A program made the translations under genes and the position numbers. From Desulfomonilaceae bacterium (GTDB lineage: Bacteria; Desulfobacterota; Desulfomonilia; Desulfomonilales; Desulfomonilaceae): a stretch of DNA of 64,000 nucleotides. The stretch spans positions 38,788 to 102,787 of the forward strand of contig JBAZSD010000012.1 in NCBI GenBank assembly GCA_041662605.1, given 5' to 3'. The notes beneath the pieces are model-generated. The model ran no database searches. It was not told the DNA's origin and saw only the letters and a list, made by a program, of their open reading frames with translations. This document shows, one piece after another, positions 41,901-49,712 of the stretch. Positions within the stretch are counted from its first letter, which is position 1. The number at the start of each line of letters is the position of its first letter.

Positions 41901-43860
41901 GGGCATTTTCCTCAGCTCTGCTCTAGAATACAGTTCGGTCCTTTTTAGAACGGTATTGGTTGATTCATCTACTGACATAAGAACCGCTATACGAAGTTCA
42001 ATGGACAGGAGTAAAAAACCGGTTCAACTCATATGCAGAAATGAAGAACTGTACACTCTCCAAGGTAAGGTGGCTCCATTTCTGTTTGAAACCGCCAATA
42101 GGAAAATCGAAATCGGCGAGAATGATGTTGTTTTAATTTCAGGAGGGCTTTCCGGAGTGTCCGCAGAACTTGGGAGAGCTTTCGGGCCGTTTGGTCCAAA
42201 GTTGATCTTCATTGGTCGGACATCCATAGACAGCAGATCCAGCAATTACGTTAATGACCAAAAGACGTCCTTGACCCTCAAAGCCCTTGAAGAACTCCAA
42301 GCAGGCGGCCTCAGATCTTATTACTATCAACTGGATGTGACAGATTCGGGTTCAATTCAAAAAGTTCTGGATAGAATTCAGAAGGAACACGGCAAAATAA
42401 CTGGTGTGATTTATGGCGCCGGCCTATTGAAGGACAATTTTATCAATCGAATGCCAACAAAAGATTTTTCCTCTGTCGTCAACGTAAAATTTCTCGGAGC
42501 GCTAAATCTTTTCAACGCGTTGGACAAAACATCGCTCAAGTTTTTTGTAGCTCTTTCATCGGCAGCGGCCATCCAGGGAAACCCCGGACAGGCTAATTAC
42601 GCAGCGGCTAACAGGATGATGTCAGCATTTATAAGGGGCCAAAGAAGTATTCATCCCAAGATCCAGCTCAAGGCGCTCATGCTGCCCCCGATCGAGGGAG
42701 CCGGTATGGCTGAAAACGCTGAAACCAAGGAACTGATGCGCCGGATGAATGCGTCGTACATTTCACTTGAAGAATTGCGCGGAATGTTTTTACGAGAACT
42801 ATTCATCGCTTCCAAAAAAGATTCGTGGTCTCTCTTTATGAAGAACCTTCCGTGTTTGAGTTCCGCTCCCCTGGATACTCAAGTAGAAAATTCAGATGAA
42901 ACTGTTATCGATATCGGGTCAGTAGATTTCAGAAAAGCGGATTTCCCAATGCTGGACTCAGTACCGGATCTAGACATGGATAAAGGTTCTCTGAAGGCAT
43001 TAAGATTTTTCGATCAACAAAAAGACCCTTGGGTGGTGGATCACAAGCCTTTCAAGTTCATGAAACACCCTATAGTATCTGCGATCATGGCCGTTGAAAC
43101 ATTTATGGAGGCTTCCAAGACATTATTTCCGTTTTTGAACGTTGTAGGCCTGAAAGAAGCCCGTTTCCTTGACGTTATAGAATGCCCGCCGCATAAATCT
43201 GTAGAAAGCCAAATTTTTGTGGCAAAGGTTTTGGAAGAACGTGGAACAATCATTTGTGACGCTATAATGTGCGCTCAAAAGGGCAAGTCTGGAAAGACGA
43301 TTGAAAAGACTCATCCAAACTTCAAGGCTCAGATAATAATGGCTGGAAACGCTATTACCCCAGCCAGATCTTTTGAGGGGTTTCCTGTTCGACCGGACGA
43401 GTTGGACACAAGATCGATGGAACATGACGAAGTCATGGAGTGGTATTCTGATCGCTCCGATCTCAAAGGACGGTATCGGGTCATGGAAAGGTTTTACGGA
43501 ACCGGACCTGATTGTATCAAAGGAGAGTTTACTTACAGGCATTCCCACGATTTTGCCAAACCTCTGCGAACTGTATACCAGTTTTCCCCGTACCTTTTTG
43601 AAGCGTTTATGCATTTGATCAACTTTTATCTTGCGATGCGGGACGATCATGACAAGCGATCGCTTATTCCCTTTGGAATTAATGAACTGCGTTGTTTTCG
43701 CAAGATAGAGGATGGCGAACGGATTGTCGTGGAAGCGCGTAAAAAATCAGGTGATGAAAAAGGAGTGATGTGGGACGCGTTGGGACTGGACGCAAGTGGA
43801 TCAGTAGTAATGTATTCCAAGGGTATAAAGATGATATGGATATCTGGTTTAGGAACCTGA
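35965..43860 (+). CDS. Type I FAS/PKS-like megasynthase: degenerate NMO-like barrel, NMO-type enoyl reductase, KS, AT, ACP, KR, DH (PfaD::PfaA-like fusion)
   Basis: 2631-aa ORF. Motif order with approximate nt positions:
- Degenerate NMO-like barrel, 35965-36990 (IKGNEAAGFAGSE).
- FabK/PfaD-type ER, 37010-37950 (YPFIQGAMSWIT, LEGHESGGHVG).
- KS, 38130-39500 (AACATS with Cys924 = 38734-38736, ECHATST, GHTLGASG).
- AT, 39790-40640 (FPGQGSHY, GHSLGE with Ser1364 = 40054-40056, AFHSP).
- ACP, 41130-41350 (LAIRSS with Ser1756 = 41230-41232).
- KR, 42100-42750 (ISGGLSGVS, NYAAAN).
- PKS-type DH, 42900-43857 (DHKPFKFMKHP with His2360 = 43042-43044).
No TE, R or C release domain is visible. Confidence 0.85.
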   Translation: MSVTCDQASLIFLFQANNITSSLINTAKDLNVRVAFDLGSENPSLYQSLLLVADASQDVVDLKISPCVLSDPKLVTTLNEIDVRRIWLDMEPVGALEDKNSIFKQIAELASDFEIIPILSDLGSIRKIIKDHPDIRNIAIKGNEAAGFAGSETLLTLFSTVSSLLKQSNSPANIFIWGGISFPEVAAAFLACGAKGIVFESLHWLTDMVNLDEDFKKRIENIRPDHTELIGANLDVYLRVFNKGNSTSVKDLKDFAGSLCGAEIRDEQRISFIRHVLKNLTHPLKSKFGKDELIPLGTEATFAASFVRRYGFFTEQAIEKFSKDIEKCLSTAPERAVSFVKSPTAEKMGTEYPFIQGAMSWITDSMEFASGILESGALPTLALGLMDSNTLNSKFSDLQNHLGDRPYAVNIITLSENPFRDEQVEWVKSKKPRFVVIAAGEPSNARGFISDGIEAIYIAPNEELLRLALENGIKFVVLEGHESGGHVGVHSTVTLVQAALDLKSRRPELFKDSTIIFAGGFFNRLTSVIASIMGADGLQMGTVYLASKEIVETGALSRIYQKRILEAQPGSTIVTGESAGLRVRSLKTPKIEAICSLERDFATGSENESSFRRKIETLSAGSLFIAAKGMNKPDGEKLAESEIMKQGQFMSGACAGGINVQLSLRQIHENLAFGAPNDVLPARVSLRPDYSEPLSNKQSSFSFSSHQTSTTRGSNTGTNGFERIAITGMSVVNSLGASPLEIIQASLALKSGVTPVPSTKWNHEAFFSSKPRASEKTYCRYGAFQNLEVSRKELGIPPQDFRTMAEATKITLWLAKNAILESNILESNIPRERIGVLISQNSGEAASTLEQMIIRGCSEKILSDIKRALNLTPDQEALVSEEIKQKRMGVDDTTLLGRLNCSAGGFICNKYGFMGPSFSVSAACATSLVALYSAYQMIRNGIIDAAVVGGGEELLTPMHFLEFSALGALAGLSGANKSPAEASRPFDADRDGMVLGEGGAMIVIERESIALKRGANISAFITSMGASNNNLGMVESSRATQEIAIRASFKDCSYGPESVDLIECHATSTKQGDVEEVQGLKSIFNSGRPPVLTSFKSQIGHTLGASGLNSLIRGVMAMRSKVFSPTINYCKPDPEIGMESAGFRVMSEPSDWPLSNGNPRRFQVNAFGFGGSNYVVQIEESQNQEAVRFSPSPEKLKISVDKRPIVKAPDGIHFFRSSIAGETYRIAVIAESEAAAVEMIQNEDLISGEGAIGGKRLKVLARQGIHIGSSNAPIPRMAFVFPGQGSHYAGMGHELYNNFPVIREWMNRAADVAEFDILKLLFYDKEEDLQKTRWQQPALFTLEYALVQHLISLGARATALAGHSLGELTALCLAGVYSFEDGFRIVNKRAVCMDKACKMNVDPGIMVACDAPLDVVDQILSEAKNVYITNINSPRQIVIGGATEESKEISARLKEMGYRSTVLRVSMAFHSPIMRCIHDELREFIDTVDFHPPQIPVISNTTMKPFPDDAEEIKGIVMAHLESPVHWLQNAKTLWNEFDVRLFVEVGPREVLSNLIQDTIEEAPCIQTCLPSAESLMCKTAVAQLYSKGILPIDNARDLTDDLYRGSQFEAVENHKERPVERTVNSRVSIQTDLKEIIQKEINSFVIETFGRFIRPSILRQIRTIKDPKFSEADLDRILGNSFGALSTPSLIETPYNQTQLTIAQQEPMRSAAPEPESSAPDTTETIIRIIMEVTGYDRDEIEPHMDLREDLAIRSSRLPVIMDAVESRFKIKIELEDFMDVRTIKDLSDRLDMVVSRKAPSIAKNASVDSEIEETEILETPKEILKRLTFSEVPLTGDSFQPLELSPMDSVIVVGPSSSEEFCRNVGDVFRRDYGVRIDHFFFGLSQSDKDENIVDLLSDSGLMEIKDTIRDSESPAGIVFVTDEAFEARFSETATLTNFLTGFFSLLQQFIQKPSKKMSVYLQSGGDSPSAFMEAVTGIFLSSALEYSSVLFRTVLVDSSTDIRTAIRSSMDRSKKPVQLICRNEELYTLQGKVAPFLFETANRKIEIGENDVVLISGGLSGVSAELGRAFGPFGPKLIFIGRTSIDSRSSNYVNDQKTSLTLKALEELQAGGLRSYYYQLDVTDSGSIQKVLDRIQKEHGKITGVIYGAGLLKDNFINRMPTKDFSSVVNVKFLGALNLFNALDKTSLKFFVALSSAAAIQGNPGQANYAAANRMMSAFIRGQRSIHPKIQLKALMLPPIEGAGMAENAETKELMRRMNASYISLEELRGMFLRELFIASKKDSWSLFMKNLPCLSSAPLDTQVENSDETVIDIGSVDFRKADFPMLDSVPDLDMDKGSLKALRFFDQQKDPWVVDHKPFKFMKHPIVSAIMAVETFMEASKTLFPFLNVVGLKEARFLDVIECPPHKSVESQIFVAKVLEERGTIICDAIMCAQKGKSGKTIEKTHPNFKAQIIMAGNAITPARSFEGFPVRPDELDTRSMEHDEVMEWYSDRSDLKGRYRVMERFYGTGPDCIKGEFTYRHSHDFAKPLRTVYQFSPYLFEAFMHLINFYLAMRDDHDKRSLIPFGINELRCFRKIEDGERIVVEARKKSGDEKGVMWDALGLDASGSVVMYSKGIKMIWISGLGT

Positions 43861-43861
43861 A

Positions 43862-44614
43862 ATGAGGGGCGCCGAGCGGAAATTGGATGAAAACCGTTCA
43901 GGAGAATTTTGCTCTTTGCGGCAGGACGTCTTTTACACTAGTGTCAGGCATAAGTCTGTTAACCCCGGGAGCGAGTCTCGTGGAGAAATCAAGCGGCTCG
44001 TTGCCCGTAGTCTGATGGCGTTCGCTATTGAGAGAGGTATGCTAAGAGCGAATTCTTATGAATTGGATGATCGAATTCTGGACATTCAGAAAGACAGTCT
44101 AGGTAGACCGACTCTTAAAGGTTTCAAAAATGAGAATTGGTCGATTTCATTTTCATATGGGCGCGAGAAATTATGGGGGGCCATATGCTACGGGAATTTA
44201 AATTGTGGAATCGACGTCGCGTATCCCGAAGAATTCACAAAGTCCTACCCTTTTCATAGAGCGTTCAGTGACTCGGAATTGTATCTTCTGTCGTCTTCAC
44301 TGGATCTTAATGCTATCGAGTCCGCTGCGTTTGCATGGTCGGCCAAAGAGTCAGTAGTCAAAGCGCTAGGAGTCGGGTTTCATTTCTGTGATCCACTTGA
44401 TCTGGAAGTGACTGATGTTCAATCATTCGGGCGGTATTTTGAGGCTAGGCTAGGTTTAACGGTCAAACCCAAATTAAAGGCCACTCTAAATGGCTTCACG
44501 GTCTTTAAGACCATGGTACGCCATGATGAAAACGGATTTCTATCCTTAAGCGCGACCGCTATTTCGAATAATCAAGTCCATTCTGAGGGCTTGGAGCGTT
44601 CCATCGTGATGTAG
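43862..44614 (+). CDS. 4'-phosphopantetheinyl transferase (Sfp/PfaE type)
   Basis: The ATG lies 1 nt after the megasynthase TGA. Motifs CGIDVAYPEEF and FAWSAKESVVKALG, i.e. (W/F)(S/C)xKE(S/A)xxK. Confidence 0.8.
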   Translation: MRGAERKLDENRSGEFCSLRQDVFYTSVRHKSVNPGSESRGEIKRLVARSLMAFAIERGMLRANSYELDDRILDIQKDSLGRPTLKGFKNENWSISFSYGREKLWGAICYGNLNCGIDVAYPEEFTKSYPFHRAFSDSELYLLSSSLDLNAIESAAFAWSAKESVVKALGVGFHFCDPLDLEVTDVQSFGRYFEARLGLTVKPKLKATLNGFTVFKTMVRHDENGFLSLSATAISNNQVHSEGLERSIVM

Positions 44615-44626
44615 GCTAACAGTTTA

Positions 44627-46183
44627 ATGAGAGTACTTCTGATAAACAGCAACAGAAAAGGAGATATGCTGGCCGCCGCGCCAATTGGTCTCTGTTATGT
44701 GGCTTCCGCCGTAGAGGCCGCTGGCCATTCGGTGAAGACGCTGGATTTATGTTTTGCAGGCAAGAGAGTACTTTCCGAAGTAAGCAATTTAGTAGAGTCG
44801 TTTGCGCCCGATGTTGTCGGGGTTTCTGTCAGGAACATAGACAATACGAACATGCTTCACTCAATCTCCTATCTTCCTGACGCAGCCGGTTTGATGGAGC
44901 ATTTAAGACTGATAACGGCAAGCCCTGTCGTGATTGGTGGATCTGCCGCAAGTTTGGCTCCAGAAGCCATTCTGAGGTTCTTGAAGGCCGATTACATTGT
45001 TGTTTCGGATGGTGAAGAGCCCTTTCAGCGCTTACTCAAATGTTTGGAAGACCACAAAAACCCCTCGGGAATACCCGGTGTGGGAATGCTGATTAACGGA
45101 TCGTTTCATCTCACTCCGCCTGTTCTTAATGGGTTTGACGGCAAAGCGCCCGATATAGGCCGATGGGTCGATACTTCACTATACCGAAAAATAGGCGCGG
45201 CTTATAACATCCAGACCAAAAGAGGCTGCAGGAAGCGCTGCGTTTATTGCACCTACAATCAGTCCCTTGAAGGGGGTCGGTTAAGGTTGAGAGATCCGAT
45301 AGATGTAGTAGACGAAATAGAGGACGCCCTCAAAAAGTACCGACCAAATTGTTTTGAATTTGTAGATTCGGTTTTTAACGACCCGATCGAGCATTCGAGA
45401 GCGATTCTTGAAGAAATAATCAGGCGGCCCTGGAAGGCCTTGTTCACGGCAATGGGTGTTCACCCAAAGGGGCTTGACCGAGAATACCTCGATTTGATGT
45501 GGAGAGCCGGTTTCAGGTCTTTAATGATCACTCCGGAGTCCGCTTCAGACAAAATGTTGGACTCATATAGAAAAGGATTTACAAAGCAAGACGTCCTCAA
45601 TGCCGCGGAAGCGCTGAATCGGACGGCTTTCGCTGTCTGGTGGTTTTTCATGATAGGTGGGCCTGGAGAGACAAATGAAACGTTGAAAGAATCTCTGGAT
45701 TTTGTGCTGACTAATCTTCAGAAAAGGGGGCGCGCCGTAACTCATGTAGCTCAATTCTTCTTCGGCGTGAGATTATATCCGGGCACTGATTTGTGGAAGA
45801 TGGCTCAAGAGCAGGGATTCGTCAATGGGACTCCCAATCCCCTTGAACAGGCGTGGTATTTGTCAGAGGAACTTGATCTTGATAAAGCGTTGTCCCAGAT
45901 GCTTGGGGCCGCTGCAATATGTCCAGAGGTCTACCTTGGATTTGATGAACGACTGTTGGCCTTTTCCAGGACTATCGTAGCAGTTTGTCGTCTTTTGCGT
46001 TTGAAAGGGCCATACTGGAAATACATGAGGTTTGGTAACGTAATAGGAATCAAGACAGGAATAAGGTTCATTTTTAAACCACGAGACGCTTCAGGTTTGA
46101 TAAGGAAGGCTCTCATCAGGCAATCTTATTCCGGCCCTCTTTTGAATAAACTTCAAGAACCGTTGATAGCCCTGGATAGTTGA
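44627..46183 (+). CDS. B12-binding-domain radical SAM enzyme (class B rSAM)
   Basis: N-terminal Rossmann-like B12-binding-type region (MRVLLINSN...PIGLCYVASAVEAAGHSVKTLDL...VGVSV). CX3CX2C motif GCRKRCVYCTY (Cys201/205/208 = 45227-45250). It starts 12 nt after the PPTase stop. Confidence 0.8.
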   Translation: MRVLLINSNRKGDMLAAAPIGLCYVASAVEAAGHSVKTLDLCFAGKRVLSEVSNLVESFAPDVVGVSVRNIDNTNMLHSISYLPDAAGLMEHLRLITASPVVIGGSAASLAPEAILRFLKADYIVVSDGEEPFQRLLKCLEDHKNPSGIPGVGMLINGSFHLTPPVLNGFDGKAPDIGRWVDTSLYRKIGAAYNIQTKRGCRKRCVYCTYNQSLEGGRLRLRDPIDVVDEIEDALKKYRPNCFEFVDSVFNDPIEHSRAILEEIIRRPWKALFTAMGVHPKGLDREYLDLMWRAGFRSLMITPESASDKMLDSYRKGFTKQDVLNAAEALNRTAFAVWWFFMIGGPGETNETLKESLDFVLTNLQKRGRAVTHVAQFFFGVRLYPGTDLWKMAQEQGFVNGTPNPLEQAWYLSEELDLDKALSQMLGAAAICPEVYLGFDERLLAFSRTIVAVCRLLRLKGPYWKYMRFGNVIGIKTGIRFIFKPRDASGLIRKALIRQSYSGPLLNKLQEPLIALDS

Positions 46184-46324
46184 ATCAAAGTCAATCTTCT
46201 TGATTGTCATTCCATTTCTCTCAAACCATGATGTTTTTTTCAGAAATTTCTTGCCTTTTTTGTTCATGCTGTTTTAATGTATTTTCAGATTAGTGATTTT
46301 TTTTAACTACTTGGGAGGGTGTGT

Positions 46325-46612
46325 ATGACGCTTACCAAAGCTGATATAGCAAAAAAGATTGCGGATGACTGTGGTTTTATGAAAGGGGAAGCAACCGAGA
46401 TTGTGGAAAAACTCCTCGACATAGTCAAAGATTGCTTAATCGATGGGGAAGATGTGATGATTTCTGGGTTTGGAAAGTGGACTGTCAAGGGGAAAAATTC
46501 CCGACGAGGTAGAAACCCTCAAACTGGAGCTGAGTTGATTCTTGACGCCCGCAAAGTAGTTACCTGGAAATATTCTCCGGTCCTTAAGAAATCCGTGAAC
46601 GTACCCGCCTAG
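46325..46612 (+). CDS. ihfA: Integration host factor alpha-like (IHF/HU family) DNA-bending protein
   Basis: MTLTKADIAKKI...ISGFGKW.V..KNSRRGRNPQTGAELILDARKVVTWK. This resembles IhfA closely (MALTKAE..., R.GRNPKTGE). GGGAGG lies upstream of ATG 46325. Confidence 0.7.
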   Translation: MTLTKADIAKKIADDCGFMKGEATEIVEKLLDIVKDCLIDGEDVMISGFGKWTVKGKNSRRGRNPQTGAELILDARKVVTWKYSPVLKKSVNVPA

Positions 46613-46719
46613 AAAATCCGCCAACATACATTTGGGACTGTTCCTGCGTGTCTGTTCACCTCAAATCGCCTTTTTGACAGATTTGGGACGAACAGGCCCG
46701 TAATAGGGACAACAATTTT

Positions 46720-48138
46720 TTGAGCTGGGAAATCTTGACTTCTCGATCAGGAAATTCCAATCCGATATCAAGAGCTTTCCGGAATGTGCTGGAGGGTTAT
46801 GCGGAAGTTCTGCGGATATCCATCCCACTAATCCTTTCCACTTCCTCTTTGACTTTGGCGCTTTTTGTGGATCGGTTGATGCTCTCCTGGCACAGCATTG
46901 ACTCTGTAGCGGCCGCCACACCCGGAGGGATAACCTATTTTACAATCTGCTGTTTTTTTCAGGGTACTGCTCAATATACCAACACGCTGGTAGCTCAAAG
47001 TCATGGCGCAGGAGACAGTGTCACGCTGTCGAGGTCGGTCTGGCAAGGGATTCTGTTTTCTTTGTTGGCGCTCCCGCTGCTGATTATGACTATACCTGTG
47101 GGCCGGTGGGTGTTGGCCCATACGGGCCATGAACCGAATATAATCACTCTTGAAAGAGAATACTTTACGATACTTATGTACAGTGGCGTGGCGCTTCCTC
47201 TTAATGCAGCGTTTTCGTCCTTTTTCTCGGGAAGGGGTCGAACTTCGTATGTACTAATTGGCAATCTCATAGGGAATTTAGGAAACATAGTTCTGGACTA
47301 CGTTTTAATATTCGGGAAGTTTGGTTTTCCTGAACTGGGAATAAAGGGCGCAGGAATCGCCACGGCTGTGACCAATTTCCTCCCGACCATTTATTGGGCA
47401 TGGTTATTCTTGGGACCCCGTTATCAGCCCAAGTATCAGACCAGAAAACAATTCACCTTCGACAGGAAAATCTTTTGCGCCCTCCTAAGATTCGGTCTTC
47501 CAGCGGGGACTCAATTTATTCTGGATGTCGGATCATTCACGGCTTTTGTCCTGATCGTGGGCAAACTGGGGGCAATAGACCTTGCCGCAACCAATATTGC
47601 GCTCAGCATTGAGACATTGTCCTTCTTACCTATGGTGGGTATGTCGATAGCCACGAGTTCCATAGTAGGTGAATACATAGGCCGAAAACAGATCAACGTA
47701 GCGGAAAGGAGGGTGTATTGCTCATTAGCCCTCGCCTTGTTTTACACGGGCGTCGTCACAGCGTTCTTCTGGATAATACCCGAATTTTTTTTAAATCTTT
47801 TCAGGCCCTATCACCAGACGAAATTGGCTTTCGAGCCCCTGCTTGAAAAAGGTGTGGCCCTGGTTCGGATAATAGGGGCCTACACCCTATTTGACACAGT
47901 TTTCATCATATTCAACGGAGCGCTAAAAGGAGCTGGTGACACGAAGTTTACGATGTGGGCCCAGATCATAGCGTCCTGGGTATTTTTTGTCCCACCTGTT
48001 TACATCATGACGACATATCTGGGGTTGGGAATTTTGGCAGCCTGGTCCTGGCTCTTAATCTACGTCATTTCGATCGGAACTATTTTCTGGTTGAGGTTCA
48101 AATCCGGTCACTGGAAGTCGATCAGACTATTTAACTGA
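46720..48138 (+). CDS. MATE-family efflux transporter
   Basis: 472 aa and 12 TM segments, with a MATE-like internal repeat (LRISIPLILS...; LRFGLPAGTQF...). TTG start. Confidence 0.75.
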   Translation: MSWEILTSRSGNSNPISRAFRNVLEGYAEVLRISIPLILSTSSLTLALFVDRLMLSWHSIDSVAAATPGGITYFTICCFFQGTAQYTNTLVAQSHGAGDSVTLSRSVWQGILFSLLALPLLIMTIPVGRWVLAHTGHEPNIITLEREYFTILMYSGVALPLNAAFSSFFSGRGRTSYVLIGNLIGNLGNIVLDYVLIFGKFGFPELGIKGAGIATAVTNFLPTIYWAWLFLGPRYQPKYQTRKQFTFDRKIFCALLRFGLPAGTQFILDVGSFTAFVLIVGKLGAIDLAATNIALSIETLSFLPMVGMSIATSSIVGEYIGRKQINVAERRVYCSLALALFYTGVVTAFFWIIPEFFLNLFRPYHQTKLAFEPLLEKGVALVRIIGAYTLFDTVFIIFNGALKGAGDTKFTMWAQIIASWVFFVPPVYIMTTYLGLGILAAWSWLLIYVISIGTIFWLRFKSGHWKSIRLFN

Positions 48139-48145
48139 ACTGGCC

Positions 48146-49702
48146 CTACTCCGACGGCATCTCGAATTTTTTACCCACAGGCGGTTTTTGAATGATCCAT
48201 AAAACTCCCACCAAAACGACAAATATTAATGATAGAGCATAGAACACATCGCAATAGGCCATCAATGCGGTTTGCTTGTTGAGCGACTGGTTAATGTAGC
48301 CAAGCGCCAGATTGCCATGGTCTGAAAATGAACCGAGCTTTTCCTGCAACATAAATTTCAATTGATCAAGCCTGTATGTGAAGCCGGGATTGTATACGTC
48401 GAAATTCTCAATCAGACGAGATTGATGGAACTGTGTTCTCCTTGCCAGGAGAGTTGTAACAAACGCTACTCCAAAGGATGACCCAAGATTTCTAAGCAGA
48501 TTGAAAATTGCGGAAGCGTTGTTCAGCTTTTCTTTCGGCACGTAGGCCATCGCTACAAAAGAACATGAAACGAAAATAAATGGCATGCCCACCCCTTGAA
48601 TAAGGCGTGAAAAGGTAGCTGTCTCTATATCTATGTTTAAGTTGAAACCAGACATGTAGTGAAGGCTATAAGCATTGATAAGAAGGCCTACTGCGAGCAA
48701 AATCCTAGCGTCCACCCTTTCGGTCGTCTTTCCCACAAATGGCAGCATGAACAGTGCTATAGCCCCTCCAGGCCCAAGCACCCAGCCTGCCAGATATGCT
48801 GTGTACCCCATCAATGTTTGTAAGAATAACGGGAGTAAAACGATAGAACCGAAAAAAGCGAAAAAAGCCAAAAACATAACGAAATTACCGGTTGCGAAAC
48901 TTCTATCCTTGAAGATTCTTAGATCCACGATTGGTTGTTCATAATAAAGTTCCCAAAATACCAAAGCTACCAATGAAACAATGGCAGAGGCTGTCAGCAG
49001 CACTATTTGGGTAGAGCCGAACCAGTCTTTGAGTTCACCTTTGTCAAGAACTATCTGAAGGCTTCCCAGACCAACTGTAAGTAGAACCAGTCCTACGTAA
49101 TCAATCTTTTCTCCTTTTTCTCTTCGCTCCTGAAACGACGGATCGAATACGAAGCTGGTGATCATGTAAAGGGCTAGCGCTCCTATAGGGATATTTATGT
49201 AGAAGATCCAGCGCCAGGAATAATTGTCAGTCAAATAACCCCCCAGGAGCGGACCCAAAATAGGCCCTACAACAACTCCCATACCAAAGATGCCCATGGC
49301 CAGTCCACGCTGGCTTGGTGGATAGGTTTCGAGGAGTATCGCCTGAGACATCGGCTGAAGTCCTCCGCCACCTATGCCCTGCATAATTCTGAACAGGATC
49401 AGCTCGTTCAGGCTGGTGGCTGCGCCGCATAGGCTCGAACTTATCGTAAACACTATAAGTGAAAGCAGCAGATAGCGTTTTCTCCCGATAAATCTCGCCA
49501 ACCAGCCGCTCATCGGGATAACGATTGCATTAGCCACCAAGTACGAGGTTAGGACCCAGGTAACCTCTTCCTGGCCAGCCGCAAGGCTCCCCTGGATATG
49601 AGTCAACGAAACGTTGGCTACACTCGTATCCAGGATCTCGATGAGAGTCGGGATCATGACCGCCAGTGTGATAAGCGCCTTGTTTGTTTGCGGTCCTGGC
49701 AT
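48146..49702 (-). CDS. DHA2-family MFS efflux permease (EmrB/QacA-like, 14 TM)
   Basis: TLAVMIPTLIEILDTSVANVSL...; MFS motif A-like GWLARFIGRKR. 518 aa. It lies directly downstream of the HlyD-family gene. Confidence 0.8.
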   Translation of the reverse strand: MPGPQTNKALITLAVMIPTLIEILDTSVANVSLTHIQGSLAAGQEEVTWVLTSYLVANAIVIPMSGWLARFIGRKRYLLLSLIVFTISSSLCGAATSLNELILFRIMQGIGGGGLQPMSQAILLETYPPSQRGLAMGIFGMGVVVGPILGPLLGGYLTDNYSWRWIFYINIPIGALALYMITSFVFDPSFQERREKGEKIDYVGLVLLTVGLGSLQIVLDKGELKDWFGSTQIVLLTASAIVSLVALVFWELYYEQPIVDLRIFKDRSFATGNFVMFLAFFAFFGSIVLLPLFLQTLMGYTAYLAGWVLGPGGAIALFMLPFVGKTTERVDARILLAVGLLINAYSLHYMSGFNLNIDIETATFSRLIQGVGMPFIFVSCSFVAMAYVPKEKLNNASAIFNLLRNLGSSFGVAFVTTLLARRTQFHQSRLIENFDVYNPGFTYRLDQLKFMLQEKLGSFSDHGNLALGYINQSLNKQTALMAYCDVFYALSLIFVVLVGVLWIIQKPPVGKKFEMPSE

Positions 49703-49712
49703 GCCGGTTTTT

